DNA of 64,000 nt from Patescibacteria group bacterium (GTDB taxonomy: Bacteria; Patescibacteriota; UBA1384; JBAYJO01): contig JBAYJO010000002.1 of the NCBI GenBank assembly GCA_041665085.1, forward strand, positions 83,413 through 147,412. Reading direction: 5' to 3'. This document shows positions 54,674 through 64,000 of the stretch, piece after piece; within the stretch, counting starts at the first letter, position 1; each line of letters opens with the position of its first letter. The position numbers were made by a program, and so were the translations under genes. The notes below the pieces were generated by a model that saw only the letters and a list, made by a program, of their open reading frames with translations, ran no database searches and had not been told where the DNA came from.

Positions 54674-54955
54674 GTGAAAAAAACAGAAGAAAAACAAGAA
54701 AATCAGAAAAAAAATTTAGTAGAGCAAGTTCGCTCTCATAAAAATGATACCGGTTCTACAACGGTTCAAATTGCTTTAATCAGCGATCGAATTACAGAAC
54801 TCGCTAAACATTTACAAAAACACGCAAAGGATTTTGATTCTAAACGCGGTCTTTTAATGATGATTGGTAAGAGAAGAAGACTGCTTAATTACCTACAAAG
54901 AACTAGTGTTAAAGATTACGCTAAGTTGATTAGCGAATTAAAATTAAAAAAATAA
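54674..54955 (+). CDS. rpsO: 30S ribosomal protein S15
   Basis: DTGSTTVQIAL, KD..SKRGLL, RRRLLNYL. Confidence 0.95.
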   Translation: MKKTEEKQENQKKNLVEQVRSHKNDTGSTTVQIALISDRITELAKHLQKHAKDFDSKRGLLMMIGKRRRLLNYLQRTSVKDYAKLISELKLKK

Positions 54956-55022
54956 TAAACAATATTTAATTGGACTCATTCGTTTTTAAAACGGTTCTCA
55001 AAGTTCAGAAAGGGTTTTAAGT

Positions 55023-57134
55023 ATGACCGAGAAAGATACTAAAGGATTAAAGCAGTACGAAATTGGCTTTAACGGAGAAAAGGTTTTTATTGAATCTGGA
55101 AAAATGGCAAAACTAGCCAATGGCAGTGTGACTGTAAGATATGGTGATACTGTTATTTTGGCAACTGCTGTTGTTTCTAAGACTCCAAGAGAAGAAATAG
55201 ATTTCTTTCCTCTTTTGGTTGATTATGAAGAAAGACTTTATGCAGCAGGTAAAATTTCCGGTTCAAGATTTATTAAAAGAGAAACAAGACCATCGGATCA
55301 GGCAATTTTAACCTGTCGTTTAATTGATAGGCCGCTTAGACCGCTTTTTCCAAAAAATTATTATAATGATGTCCAAATTATTATTACAGTTCTATCATTC
55401 GACGGAGTCCATGATCCTGACATTTTATCTATTATCGGTGCTTCAGCTGCTTTGTGCCAAACAGAAGCTCCGTTTGAAGGACCAATTGCAGCTGCCAGAG
55501 TTGGAATGATTGATGGTAAATTAGTTGTAAATCCTGATTTGTCAGTTGCAACAAATTTAACCTTAGATTTGGTTATTGCCGGAACAAAGGATAAAGTATT
55601 AATGATTGAAACTTCATCTAATCAGGTTGACGAGAAAACAATAGTTGATGCTATTAAATTAGCACAAGAAACATATGCTCCTTTAATTGATATCCAAAAT
55701 CAAATCAGAGAAGATTCTGTTTCTGCTATCGTAGTTCCTTCAGAAGAAGCAAAACCAATTGAAATTGAACTTAAGAAATATATTGGTGATAGAGTTGCCG
55801 AAGTTGTTCTGCTTGAAGAAAATACTAGAAAAGAAAAAATTGATGAATTTGAAAAAGAGATTTTATCTAATTTCGAAGGTAATTATAAACAAGTTGATCT
55901 AAAATCAACCTTTGGAAAAATGATTGAAAAAGAAGTTAGAAAAACAATTTTAGAAAAAGGTCAAAGGCCAGACGGAAGAAATGAAGATGAGATCAGGCCA
56001 ATCAGTTGCGAGGTGGGACTACTTCCTCGAACTCATGGTTCAGCTTTATTTACTCGTGGTCAAACGCAGGCATTAACTATTGCAACGCTTGGTTCTCCCG
56101 GTTCAGAGCAGATTATTGATACCATGGAATTTGATGGAACTAAGAAATTTATGCATCATTATAATTTTCCGCCATTTTCAACAGGTGAAGTAAAACCGCT
56201 GCGAGGTGCTTCAAGAAGAGAAATTGGACATGGTGCACTTGCTGAAAAAGCTATTGTCAAAATCGTTCCCGATGAGGATAAATTTCCATATACTATTCGC
56301 TTGGTTTCTGAAATATTATCTTCAAATGGTTCCAGCTCAATGGCTGCAACTTGCGGTTCAACCTTAGCATTAATGGATGCCGGAGTACCAATTAAATCTC
56401 CTGTTTCCGGTATTGCTATGGGTATGGTTTCAGGTGGAGATAATTTCGAAAAATATCGAATATTAACAGATATTGCCGGTATTGAAGATTTTGGTGGAGA
56501 TATGGATTTCAAAGTTACCGGTACAAGAGATGGCATTACTGCTATTCAGCTTGATACTAAAACAAAAGGTTTGCCAATGCATATTATTGAGGAAACCTTG
56601 GAAAAAGCAAAAATTGCTAGAAATAAAATTTTGGATATTATGCTTCAGGCAATTTCTGCCCCAAGAGAAGAGATGTCAAAATATGCTCCAAGAATTATTT
56701 CCTATAAGATTAATCCGGAAAAAATTAGAGATATAATCGGTTCCGGTGGTAAAACTATTAATAAATTAATTAATGATGCCGGTGGTTCAGAGGCGGTTAG
56801 TATTGATATTGAAGATGACGGTCTTGTTATGGTTACTTCAAGTGATACCAATGTTGCAAATGGTGTTTTAGAAAAGATTAAAGCGATGACCAAAGAAGCA
56901 CAAGTTGGCGAAATTTATGAAGGAGAGGTTGTAAGAATTCTTGATTTTGGTGCTTTTGTTGAGCTTTGGCCAGGACAAGATGGTATGGTTCATATTTCTG
57001 AACTTGCTCCTGAAAGAGTAAATAAGGTTACAGATGTTCTTAAAGTTGGCGATAAAATTAAAGTAAAAGTTATTCAAATTGATGATCAGGGTAGAATTAA
57101 TTTAAGCAAGAAGAGGGTTGAAGATAATAGTTAA
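55023..57134 (+). CDS. pnp: Polyribonucleotide nucleotidyltransferase
   Basis: DFFPL, RLIDRPLRPLFP, RREIGHG, SNGSSSMA, KH and S1 domains. Confidence 0.97.
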   Translation: MTEKDTKGLKQYEIGFNGEKVFIESGKMAKLANGSVTVRYGDTVILATAVVSKTPREEIDFFPLLVDYEERLYAAGKISGSRFIKRETRPSDQAILTCRLIDRPLRPLFPKNYYNDVQIIITVLSFDGVHDPDILSIIGASAALCQTEAPFEGPIAAARVGMIDGKLVVNPDLSVATNLTLDLVIAGTKDKVLMIETSSNQVDEKTIVDAIKLAQETYAPLIDIQNQIREDSVSAIVVPSEEAKPIEIELKKYIGDRVAEVVLLEENTRKEKIDEFEKEILSNFEGNYKQVDLKSTFGKMIEKEVRKTILEKGQRPDGRNEDEIRPISCEVGLLPRTHGSALFTRGQTQALTIATLGSPGSEQIIDTMEFDGTKKFMHHYNFPPFSTGEVKPLRGASRREIGHGALAEKAIVKIVPDEDKFPYTIRLVSEILSSNGSSSMAATCGSTLALMDAGVPIKSPVSGIAMGMVSGGDNFEKYRILTDIAGIEDFGGDMDFKVTGTRDGITAIQLDTKTKGLPMHIIEETLEKAKIARNKILDIMLQAISAPREEMSKYAPRIISYKINPEKIRDIIGSGGKTINKLINDAGGSEAVSIDIEDDGLVMVTSSDTNVANGVLEKIKAMTKEAQVGEIYEGEVVRILDFGAFVELWPGQDGMVHISELAPERVNKVTDVLKVGDKIKVKVIQIDDQGRINLSKKRVEDNS

Positions 57135-57199
57135 AAGTTCATAAAGTCCGTAAAGTTTGTAAAGTCGAGAAAGACTATGTCTGCTAAATAATTTATATT

Positions 57200-57261
57200 A
57201 TCGCGAGGTCATCCGTGACGATCTATATGATAGATTGCTTTGTGAATACACTCGCAATGAC
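57200..57261. repeat. REP-like element (ATCGCGAG...GCAATGAC subtype)
   Basis: Similar to the unit starting at 3951. Confidence 0.7.
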
Positions 57262-57374
57262 CAAGAGATATTGTAGTTGTAAAGACAATCTATAAGTATC
57301 CCATTAATACTGGAAAATTTCTATATGTTCTTACTTTATAAACTTTTAACTTTATAAACTTTATAAACTCTTCT

Positions 57375-57929
57375 ATGTCTCCAGATGAACTCGCTCAAAA
57401 AATAACTAATTGTAACAATTGTTCACTTGCAAAATCCAGAAGAAACGCAGTTGTTGGTGAAGGCGATATAAATTCCGATATCTTGTTTATCGGTGAGGCA
57501 CCGGGAGAAAATGAGGATAAGTTAGGTCGTCCGTTTGTTGGTCCTGCAGGCGAGCTTTTGACAAAAATGTTGCATAAGAACAATTTAGATCGTTCATTAA
57601 TTTACATTACAAATGTTGTGAAATGTCGTCCGCAGTTTAATAGGGATCCATTGCCAGACGAGGTGCAAGCATGTGCTTTTTGGCTTAATGAACAACTAAA
57701 GTTAATTCAGCCCAAAATAATCGTTACGCTTGGCCGCCACGCTCTAGAGAAATTTTTACCGGGGATTGGAAGAATTTCTCAAGTGCATGGCCGGTTGTTT
57801 AAAAAAGGTAACTATTATGTATTGCCTTTCTATCATCCTGCAGCTTGTTTGCACCAAATAAGTCTATTGTCTGAATTTGAAGAAGACTTTGAAAAACTAA
57901 ATGATATATTGAATTCTATTAATAATTAA
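57375..57929 (+). CDS. Uracil-DNA glycosylase family 4
   Basis: CNNC, GEAPG, PFVG, TNVVKCRP, HPAA. Confidence 0.92.
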   Translation: MSPDELAQKITNCNNCSLAKSRRNAVVGEGDINSDILFIGEAPGENEDKLGRPFVGPAGELLTKMLHKNNLDRSLIYITNVVKCRPQFNRDPLPDEVQACAFWLNEQLKLIQPKIIVTLGRHALEKFLPGIGRISQVHGRLFKKGNYYVLPFYHPAACLHQISLLSEFEEDFEKLNDILNSINN

Positions 57930-57972
57930 TCGCAGATCGTGAACTAATTGACGATTTGCAAAGAAAGGAAAA

Positions 57973-59793
57973 ATGGAAACAGTTAGACTTGCTCCAAGAC
58001 TTAATTCTCCAGCTATTACAACAACGGCAAAGGTGAAAATTATACCTTTGGGTGGTTTGGGAGAAATAGGTAAAAATTTAATGGTATATGAATACAAAGA
58101 CGAAATTATGATCGTTGATATTGGAATTGCATTTCCAGGTAAGGATTTACTTGGCATTGATTCTGTTATTCCAGATATCAAATATTTAGAGGATAACAAA
58201 CAAAAAATAAGAGGAATAGTATTAACACATGGCCACGAAGATCATATTGGCTCACTGCCTCTTCTGTGGCCTAAACTTGGTTGTCCTATCTTTGCAACTA
58301 CTTTAACAGCAGGACTTTTGCAAAACAAATTTGAAGAACACGGTATCCATCCTAAAGTAACAATTATTAAAGCCGGAGATATTTTACCAATTGGTCCGTT
58401 TAAGGTTGAATTTATTGCTATAACGCATAGTGTGCCTGATGCACTTATTTTGGCTATTAATTCTCCGTCTGGCATGATTATGCATGCAACAGACTGGAAA
58501 ATTGATCATACACCAGTAAATGGTAAGGTTGGCGATTGGGGTAGAATTGCCGAACTTGGCAAAAAAGGTGTAAATTTGCTTCTTTCGGAGTCAACCAATG
58601 TTGAGCGACCAGGTTACACAGTTAGTGAGAGCGTGATTGGAGAATCTTTGGATATGATTTTTAAAAATGCCAAAGGACGAGTAATTGTAACTTCGTTCGG
58701 GTCATTAATTAATCGTATCCAACAGGTTATCGATGCTTCTGCCAATTATCGCAGAAAAATTGCTATTGCAGGTCGTAGCATGGAAAATAATGTTGAGATC
58801 GCGGCTAAACTTGGATTTTTAAGACTACCTCAAAACACATTAGTTGATATTAGAAAACTTGGTAAATTGCCTGATGATGAGGTTACGATTATGTGTACTG
58901 GCAGTCAAGGAGAAGAGTTCTCTGCCTTAACCAGAATGGCTGCTGGTGAACATCGTCATGTTCAAATAAAAAGAGGCGATACAATTATAATTTCCGCATC
59001 CCCTATTCCAGGAAATGAAGCAGCTATTGCTAAAACAATTGATAACTTATTTAGACAAGGCGCGGATGTTATTTACGGAAAAGATTATGACGTGCATGTT
59101 TCAGGTCATGCTAGCCAAGAAGAGCTTAAAATGATGATCGATATAGTTAAGCCTAAATTCTTTATGCCGATCCATGGTGATTATAGATTTTTAGTAAAAC
59201 ATTGCCAGTTAGCACAGAGTTTGGGCATTCCTGAAAAGAATACCTTTGTACTTGAAAATGGAGATGTGCTAGAACTTTCACCTAATGAAGCTAAGAAAGC
59301 AGGATATCGCGTTCCAGCAGGTGAAATCTTAGTAGATGGTTCTGGAATCGGCGATGTTGGTAATATTGTCCTGCGCGATCGTCAGGCCATGAGTAAAGAT
59401 GGATTTTTTGTTGTTATTTTAACAGTTGATCACACAACGAAAAAAACATTGACTTCCCCTGATATTATCTCAAGAGGTTTTGTGTATATGAGAGAAGTAG
59501 AAGAACTTATTAAAGAAGCCAGAAAACTAGTTGTTCCAATGTTTAATAAGCTAAGTATTAAATATAGGGACGATTGGGCTCGAGTTAAACAGGAAATTAG
59601 AGATCAGATGGGAAATTTCTTGTTTGAAAGAACTCAAAGAAAACCAATGGTTATTCCTGTGATAATTGAAGTTGGAAAACCAAAAATTGGCAATGGAAAT
59701 ATTACTCAACAACCAATAGTTAGTCCAAGTCCTAGATCTACCAATCCAACAGTTTATGGACCGGATGTAACTGTAAGAAGTTTTGGGGAATAA
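57973..59793 (+). CDS. rnj: Ribonuclease J
   Basis: PLGGLGEIGKN, THGHEDH, TGSQGE, HVSGHA, SRGFVY. Confidence 0.95.
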   Translation: METVRLAPRLNSPAITTTAKVKIIPLGGLGEIGKNLMVYEYKDEIMIVDIGIAFPGKDLLGIDSVIPDIKYLEDNKQKIRGIVLTHGHEDHIGSLPLLWPKLGCPIFATTLTAGLLQNKFEEHGIHPKVTIIKAGDILPIGPFKVEFIAITHSVPDALILAINSPSGMIMHATDWKIDHTPVNGKVGDWGRIAELGKKGVNLLLSESTNVERPGYTVSESVIGESLDMIFKNAKGRVIVTSFGSLINRIQQVIDASANYRRKIAIAGRSMENNVEIAAKLGFLRLPQNTLVDIRKLGKLPDDEVTIMCTGSQGEEFSALTRMAAGEHRHVQIKRGDTIIISASPIPGNEAAIAKTIDNLFRQGADVIYGKDYDVHVSGHASQEELKMMIDIVKPKFFMPIHGDYRFLVKHCQLAQSLGIPEKNTFVLENGDVLELSPNEAKKAGYRVPAGEILVDGSGIGDVGNIVLRDRQAMSKDGFFVVILTVDHTTKKTLTSPDIISRGFVYMREVEELIKEARKLVVPMFNKLSIKYRDDWARVKQEIRDQMGNFLFERTQRKPMVIPVIIEVGKPKIGNGNITQQPIVSPSPRSTNPTVYGPDVTVRSFGE

Positions 59794-59836
59794 TAAAGTT
59801 TCGACTTATCGTTGTTATTCTATGCTTTTTCTTCTT

Positions 59837-59923
59837 GTCATCCCAGACCTGCCTGGCGGCAAGGCAGGCTTGATCTGGGATCCAGAAACTATCTACCTAG
59901 ATTCCAGTTTTCACTGGAATGAC
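59837..59923. repeat. Paired REP-like elements
   Basis: 48-bp copy of 41238-41285 plus TAGATTCCAGTTTTCACTGGAATGAC. Confidence 0.85.
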
Positions 59924-60068
59924 AAATGAAATTGGTATAATAAAAATGTGTAGTCTTAATCAATCATTCTACTTTTTGCTCTAGCTATTATGATGTATAA
60001 TAAATATATCAAATCTCAAGCGGTTTATTCGTAGAGGTAAAGTTGTATTTGCCTATTAAGGAGGGTGT

Positions 60069-62108
60069 TTGGCTTTCATGCGCAAGAAAAAAAGAAAATA
60101 TCATAGACGGGCAAAAGAAAACTCGTTTATGTCGAGTTTGGATTGGACATTGGATGCCAAAACAGGCCGCGATATTTTAATTGTTCTATTCTTTATCTTA
60201 GGTGGACTTTCCTTGCTGTCGCTTTTCGGTTTGGCAGGAAAAGTCGGAATCTCGGTTTTTCAGAGCATACAATATGTTTTTGGCGCCATGGCATATATTT
60301 TTCCGTTTATAATAATTGCAATCGGGGTTGAGCTTATTAGAGATGATGAAGGTATTAATCTCACTCCTCTTATTTCAACAATTTTGGGACTTTGTTTTCT
60401 TTCAGCCATTTTTTATCCATTTGGAGGGGTTGTTGGAGATACAATAGCCGGGCTCTTGCGCCAAAATATTGGTTTTTTTGGATCTTATTTAATACTTCTT
60501 GCATTGTTTTTAGTTTCTTTTTCTCTTGCAACAAATATTTCTATCCTTCAAATGATACCGAACATAAAAAACTATTTTACTAAGTTTAATTATAAAATTA
60601 ATCTTCCCAAAGCTCGAGTTTTTACAACAATGGGACAGGGTAAAAATGATAAACCAGCTGAAAATGTTCAATCTATTCATTTAAACGATGGCGACTTTGA
60701 ATATCCTTCGCTTAATTTGCTTGAAATTTCAACAACAAAAGCCTCTGCGGGAAATATTGCTAAAAATATATTAACTATAGAAAAAGCTTTGAAAGACTTT
60801 AATATTAAAGTTGCAATGCAAGAGGTTAATATCGGACCTGCAGTTACGCAGTATACATTTAAGCCGGATGAGGGTGTTAAATTGGCTGCAATTACTGCTA
60901 GAACAAACGACCTTGCTCTTGCATTAGCTGCCCACCCTATTCGCGTAGAGGCTCCAATCCCGGGTAAATCAGCTGTTGGTGTTGAAGTCCCAAATAAGCA
61001 GGCGGCAATTATTACATTAAGAGATGTGATGGAATCAGATGAAATGAAAGGATCGAAGTTCCCTCTTGCAATTCCGCTAGGTAGAGATGTTGCAGGCAAG
61101 GCAACAACTATTGATCTTGAAAAAATGCCTCATTTATTAATTGCCGGTTCAACCGGCAGTGGTAAATCAGTTTGTATCAATGGCATAATCACCTCTTTTA
61201 TAATGAAAAACTCTCCGGCAGATTTAAGACTTTTATTAGTTGATCCGAAAAGAGTTGAATTTACAATGTATAATAACATTCCTCATTTGCTTTGTCCTGT
61301 AATTAATGATGCCGATAAAACGGTTAATGCTTTAAAATGGATGGTTGGTGAAATGGAAAGAAGATATAAAATATTGCAAGAATTTAATAAAAGAAATATA
61401 AATGAATACAACTCATCTAATCCGCCTGACGGAAAAATGCCTTATATTGTGGTTGTTGTAGATGAATTGGCTGATTTAATGAGTCAAGCTGCAAATGAAA
61501 TCGAAGGTGTGATTGTAAGACTTGCTCAAATGGCGCGTGCTGTTGGAATCCACTTAATTGTTGCAACGCAAAGGCCATCAGTTAATGTTATTACAGGTTT
61601 AATTAAAGCCAATATTAATGCCAGAATTGCATTTGCCGTTGCTAGTCAAATTGATTCAAGAACAATTATAGATCAATCCGGCGCGGAAAAACTTCTTGGA
61701 AATGGTGATCTTCTCTTTATCGGAGGAGAGGTTGTTAAACCAAAAAGAGTTCAAGGTGTGCTTGCTTCTTCTTTGGATGTGAAATCTGTTACTGATTTCT
61801 TGAAGCAAAAAGGCGGCGATTTACATTATGATGAATCTATTCTTACCTATAAAACAGGTTCAAAAATGGGTAATGGCGAAGCCGGCTCAATTGGCGGCGA
61901 TGATGATCTTTATGATGAAGCCAAAACTCTTGTTATCCAATCAGGCAAGGCTTCGGCTTCCCTACTCCAGCGAAGACTTCGTGTTGGATATGCCAGAGCC
62001 GCCAGACTGTTAGATTTGCTTGAGCAAAATAATGTTATTGGTCCTCCTGATGGTGCTAAGCCGCGGGATGTATTAGTTGATATGGGTTCGGATTATTCAG
62101 TTGATTGA
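60069..62108 (+). CDS. ftsK: DNA translocase FtsK/SpoIIIE
   Basis: 4TM N-terminus, PHLLIAGSTGSGKS, DELADLM, ATQRPS, gamma domain LQRRLRVGYARAAR. Confidence 0.96.
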   Translation: MAFMRKKKRKYHRRAKENSFMSSLDWTLDAKTGRDILIVLFFILGGLSLLSLFGLAGKVGISVFQSIQYVFGAMAYIFPFIIIAIGVELIRDDEGINLTPLISTILGLCFLSAIFYPFGGVVGDTIAGLLRQNIGFFGSYLILLALFLVSFSLATNISILQMIPNIKNYFTKFNYKINLPKARVFTTMGQGKNDKPAENVQSIHLNDGDFEYPSLNLLEISTTKASAGNIAKNILTIEKALKDFNIKVAMQEVNIGPAVTQYTFKPDEGVKLAAITARTNDLALALAAHPIRVEAPIPGKSAVGVEVPNKQAAIITLRDVMESDEMKGSKFPLAIPLGRDVAGKATTIDLEKMPHLLIAGSTGSGKSVCINGIITSFIMKNSPADLRLLLVDPKRVEFTMYNNIPHLLCPVINDADKTVNALKWMVGEMERRYKILQEFNKRNINEYNSSNPPDGKMPYIVVVVDELADLMSQAANEIEGVIVRLAQMARAVGIHLIVATQRPSVNVITGLIKANINARIAFAVASQIDSRTIIDQSGAEKLLGNGDLLFIGGEVVKPKRVQGVLASSLDVKSVTDFLKQKGGDLHYDESILTYKTGSKMGNGEAGSIGGDDDLYDEAKTLVIQSGKASASLLQRRLRVGYARAARLLDLLEQNNVIGPPDGAKPRDVLVDMGSDYSVD

Positions 62109-62162
62109 TTGTAAATAATCTGTTTAACTAGGATGGATACTATATATAGTTAGGATTACTAA

Positions 62163-62828
62163 ATGACAGGTTTTAGAACAAAAAATATTGAATCAGGCGG
62201 GTTTGGCTCGATTCTTAAGAAAGCTCGTCAAAAACAAAAGTTTACTCTTGAAGCTATTGAAACAGAAACTACTGTTAGACGTAAATATCTCAAGGCTTTT
62301 GAAGAAGAAAAATTTCAAGATTTGCCTGATAGTGTTTATGCCGCTGGCTATCTTAAAAAATATTGTGATTTTTTAGCTGTTCCATCTGATATGATACTTG
62401 AAGAATTTAAAAATGCTCAAACCTTCAAAAAAAATCAATCAGATATGATTAATCCTAAAAAAATTAATGACATTAAATTCATTTTTACTCCTCGTATTCT
62501 ATTTATTGCCGGTATTAGCATGTCAGCTATGATTTTTTTAGGTTATATATGGTTTCAATTTAAGCTATTTACTTCTGCTCCTCCTCTTACAATAATCACT
62601 CCTTATGATCAGGCATTGGTTACAGAGGAGAGTATTAATATTTCCGGGTTAACAGATGAAGGGGCTAAACTGACTATCAATAATGAACCTATCAGGATAG
62701 ATGAGTCAGGTAAGTTTGAGACAGAAATTAAGCTTCAGGACGGTTTAAATAAGATTGAAGTTGTATCTGAAAATAAGGTTAAAAAGCAATCTAAGAAAAC
62801 ATTGACAGTACTCGCAAGACTTAAGTAG
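62163..62828 (+). CDS. RodZ-like HTH-TM protein with Ig-like C-terminus
   Basis: GSILKKAR, YLKAFEE..LP..VY..GYLKKY, TM, LQDGLNKIEV. Confidence 0.75.
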   Translation: MTGFRTKNIESGGFGSILKKARQKQKFTLEAIETETTVRRKYLKAFEEEKFQDLPDSVYAAGYLKKYCDFLAVPSDMILEEFKNAQTFKKNQSDMINPKKINDIKFIFTPRILFIAGISMSAMIFLGYIWFQFKLFTSAPPLTIITPYDQALVTEESINISGLTDEGAKLTINNEPIRIDESGKFETEIKLQDGLNKIEVVSENKVKKQSKKTLTVLARLK

Positions 62829-62840
62829 TATTCCTACTTC

Positions 62841-62918
62841 GTCATCCCAGTGCAGGTTGGGATCTAGCTTTTTAAAATAATAATGTAATTTATAGATTCC
62901 TGCTTTCGCGGGAATGAC
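62841..62918. repeat. Paired REP-like elements
   Basis: GTCATCCCAGTGCAGGTTGGGATCTA ... TAGATTCCTGCTTTCGCGGGAATGAC. Confidence 0.8.
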
Positions 62919-63015
62919 TTGATAGTATGCAATTTGGCTATCAAATTGGGATGTTTTTGTGATATAAATAGTATGGTAATCAAATGATTAATAAGTATGG
63001 GGAAAAAGGAGAGAC

Positions 63016-64000
63016 GTGGCAAAAGAAAAAGGGCAAGAAAAAGAATATAGTTCAGGACGGAAAGAGGCCTTAGAAGCTGCAGTACATCAAATTGAAAAAC
63101 AATTTGGTCAAGGCGCGATAATGAAATATGGTCAGCTAGGTGGTTTAGCAGTATCCGTTATACCGTCTGGGTCTTTGTCGCTTGATTTAGCGCTTGGGGT
63201 AGGCGGCGTGCCGAGAGGAAGGATTATTGAAATATACGGACCCGAATCGTCTGGTAAAACAACGCTTGCTATGCACATTATTGCCGAAGCGCAAAAAAAG
63301 GGAGGCCTATGTGCCTTTGTTGATGCTGAACATGCCTTTGACCCTGAATACGCCAAAAATATTGGTTTAAAATTGGAAGATTTACTTATATCTCAACCGG
63401 ATAATGGAGAACAAGCGCTTGAAATTACAGAAACGCTAGTCAGATCTAACGCGGTTGATGTGCTTGTAATAGATTCGGTTGCAGCATTGGTTCCTCGAGC
63501 GGAAATTGAAGGCGAGATGGGAGATGCGCAAATGGGACTTCATGCTAGACTGATGAGCCAAGCCTTAAGAAAGCTAACAGGCATTACATCAAAATCTAAG
63601 ACCTGCGTGATTTTCATTAATCAAATCAGAATGAAAATCGGCGTAATGTTTGGTAATCCGGAAACTACAACCGGCGGCATGGCTTTAAAATTTTATTCTT
63701 CGATTAGAATGGAAATTCGCCGCAGCGAGCAGCTTAAGGATGGAGATAAGATGATCGGAAATCGTGTTAAGGTTAAAATTGTTAAAAATAAGGTTGCTCC
63801 CCCATTTAAGGTTGCTGAATTTGATATTATGTTTGGCAGCGGAATATCTCGCGAGGGTGATATTCTTGATACGGCAGTTTCAAATGACATAATCGATAAA
63901 TCCGGCGCATGGTTTAATTATGGCGATCAAAAATTAGGACAAGGACGCGAAGCTGCTAAGAAATTTTTAAAAGAAAATCCAAAAATCACGGAAGAAGTTG
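63016..64000 (+). CDS. recA: Recombinase RecA (3' truncated by window edge)
   Basis: GTG start after AAGGAG; [39 protein letters not shown]. Confidence 0.97.
   Translation, partial: MAKEKGQEKEYSSGRKEALEAAVHQIEKQFGQGAIMKYGQLGGLAVSVIPSGSLSLDLALGVGGVPRGRIIEIYGPESSGKTTLAMHIIAEAQKKGGLCAFVDAEHAFDPEYAKNIGLKLEDLLISQPDNGEQALEITETLVRSNAVDVLVIDSVAALVPRAEIEGEMGDAQMGLHARLMSQALRKLTGITSKSKTCVIFINQIRMKIGVMFGNPETTTGGMALKFYSSIRMEIRRSEQLKDGDKMIGNRVKVKIVKNKVAPPFKVAEFDIMFGSGISREGDILDTAVSNDIIDKSGAWFNYGDQKLGQGREAAKKFLKENPKITEEV

Noticed and set aside
1-64000. Alternative genetic code (TGA recoding)
   Set aside because: Conserved genes are full length under code 11 and several (dnaN, recF, valS, ftsK) end in TGA at expected positions

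Overview
AT-rich bacterial chromosome segment with a gene inventory typical of Patescibacteria/CPR (inference; standard code 11 reads the genes intact). It spans the replication origin (jag-yidC-yidD-rnpA-rpmH <> dnaA-oriC-dnaN-recF-dciA). Left of oriC lie galU, a solute-binding lipoprotein coupled to six VirB2/TrbC-like pilin paralogues, a GC-rich M48 peptidase, a GT-C-like membrane protein, pilB and tRNA-Ser(CGA). Right of oriC is a ~22 kb minus-strand monoderm/CPR-type T4SS-like locus (VirB6-, PrgI-, VirB4-, VirB1-like; no relaxase or coupling protein in view). It ends in a 2107-aa repeat protein whose two ends appear to carry the halves of one LAS/M15-like zinc peptidase. Housekeeping genes follow (femX-like, tsaD, valS, murE, polA, holA, lepB, rpsT, nrnA, rpsO, pnp, UDG, rnj, ftsK, rodZ-like, partial recA). 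Other notable signals: two secreted proteins with a shared C-terminal helix upstream of VirB6; a probable decayed diversity-generating retroelement (target gene plus RT C-terminal remnant) at 52.5-53.3 kb; four solitary GC-rich genes with their own promoter, SD and hairpin (one is PEP-CTERM); a GTCA-ended REP-like family with one copy in-frame in a CDS; and lepB needing a non-canonical (probably ATA) start. All family calls come from motif recognition by eye, not database searches.
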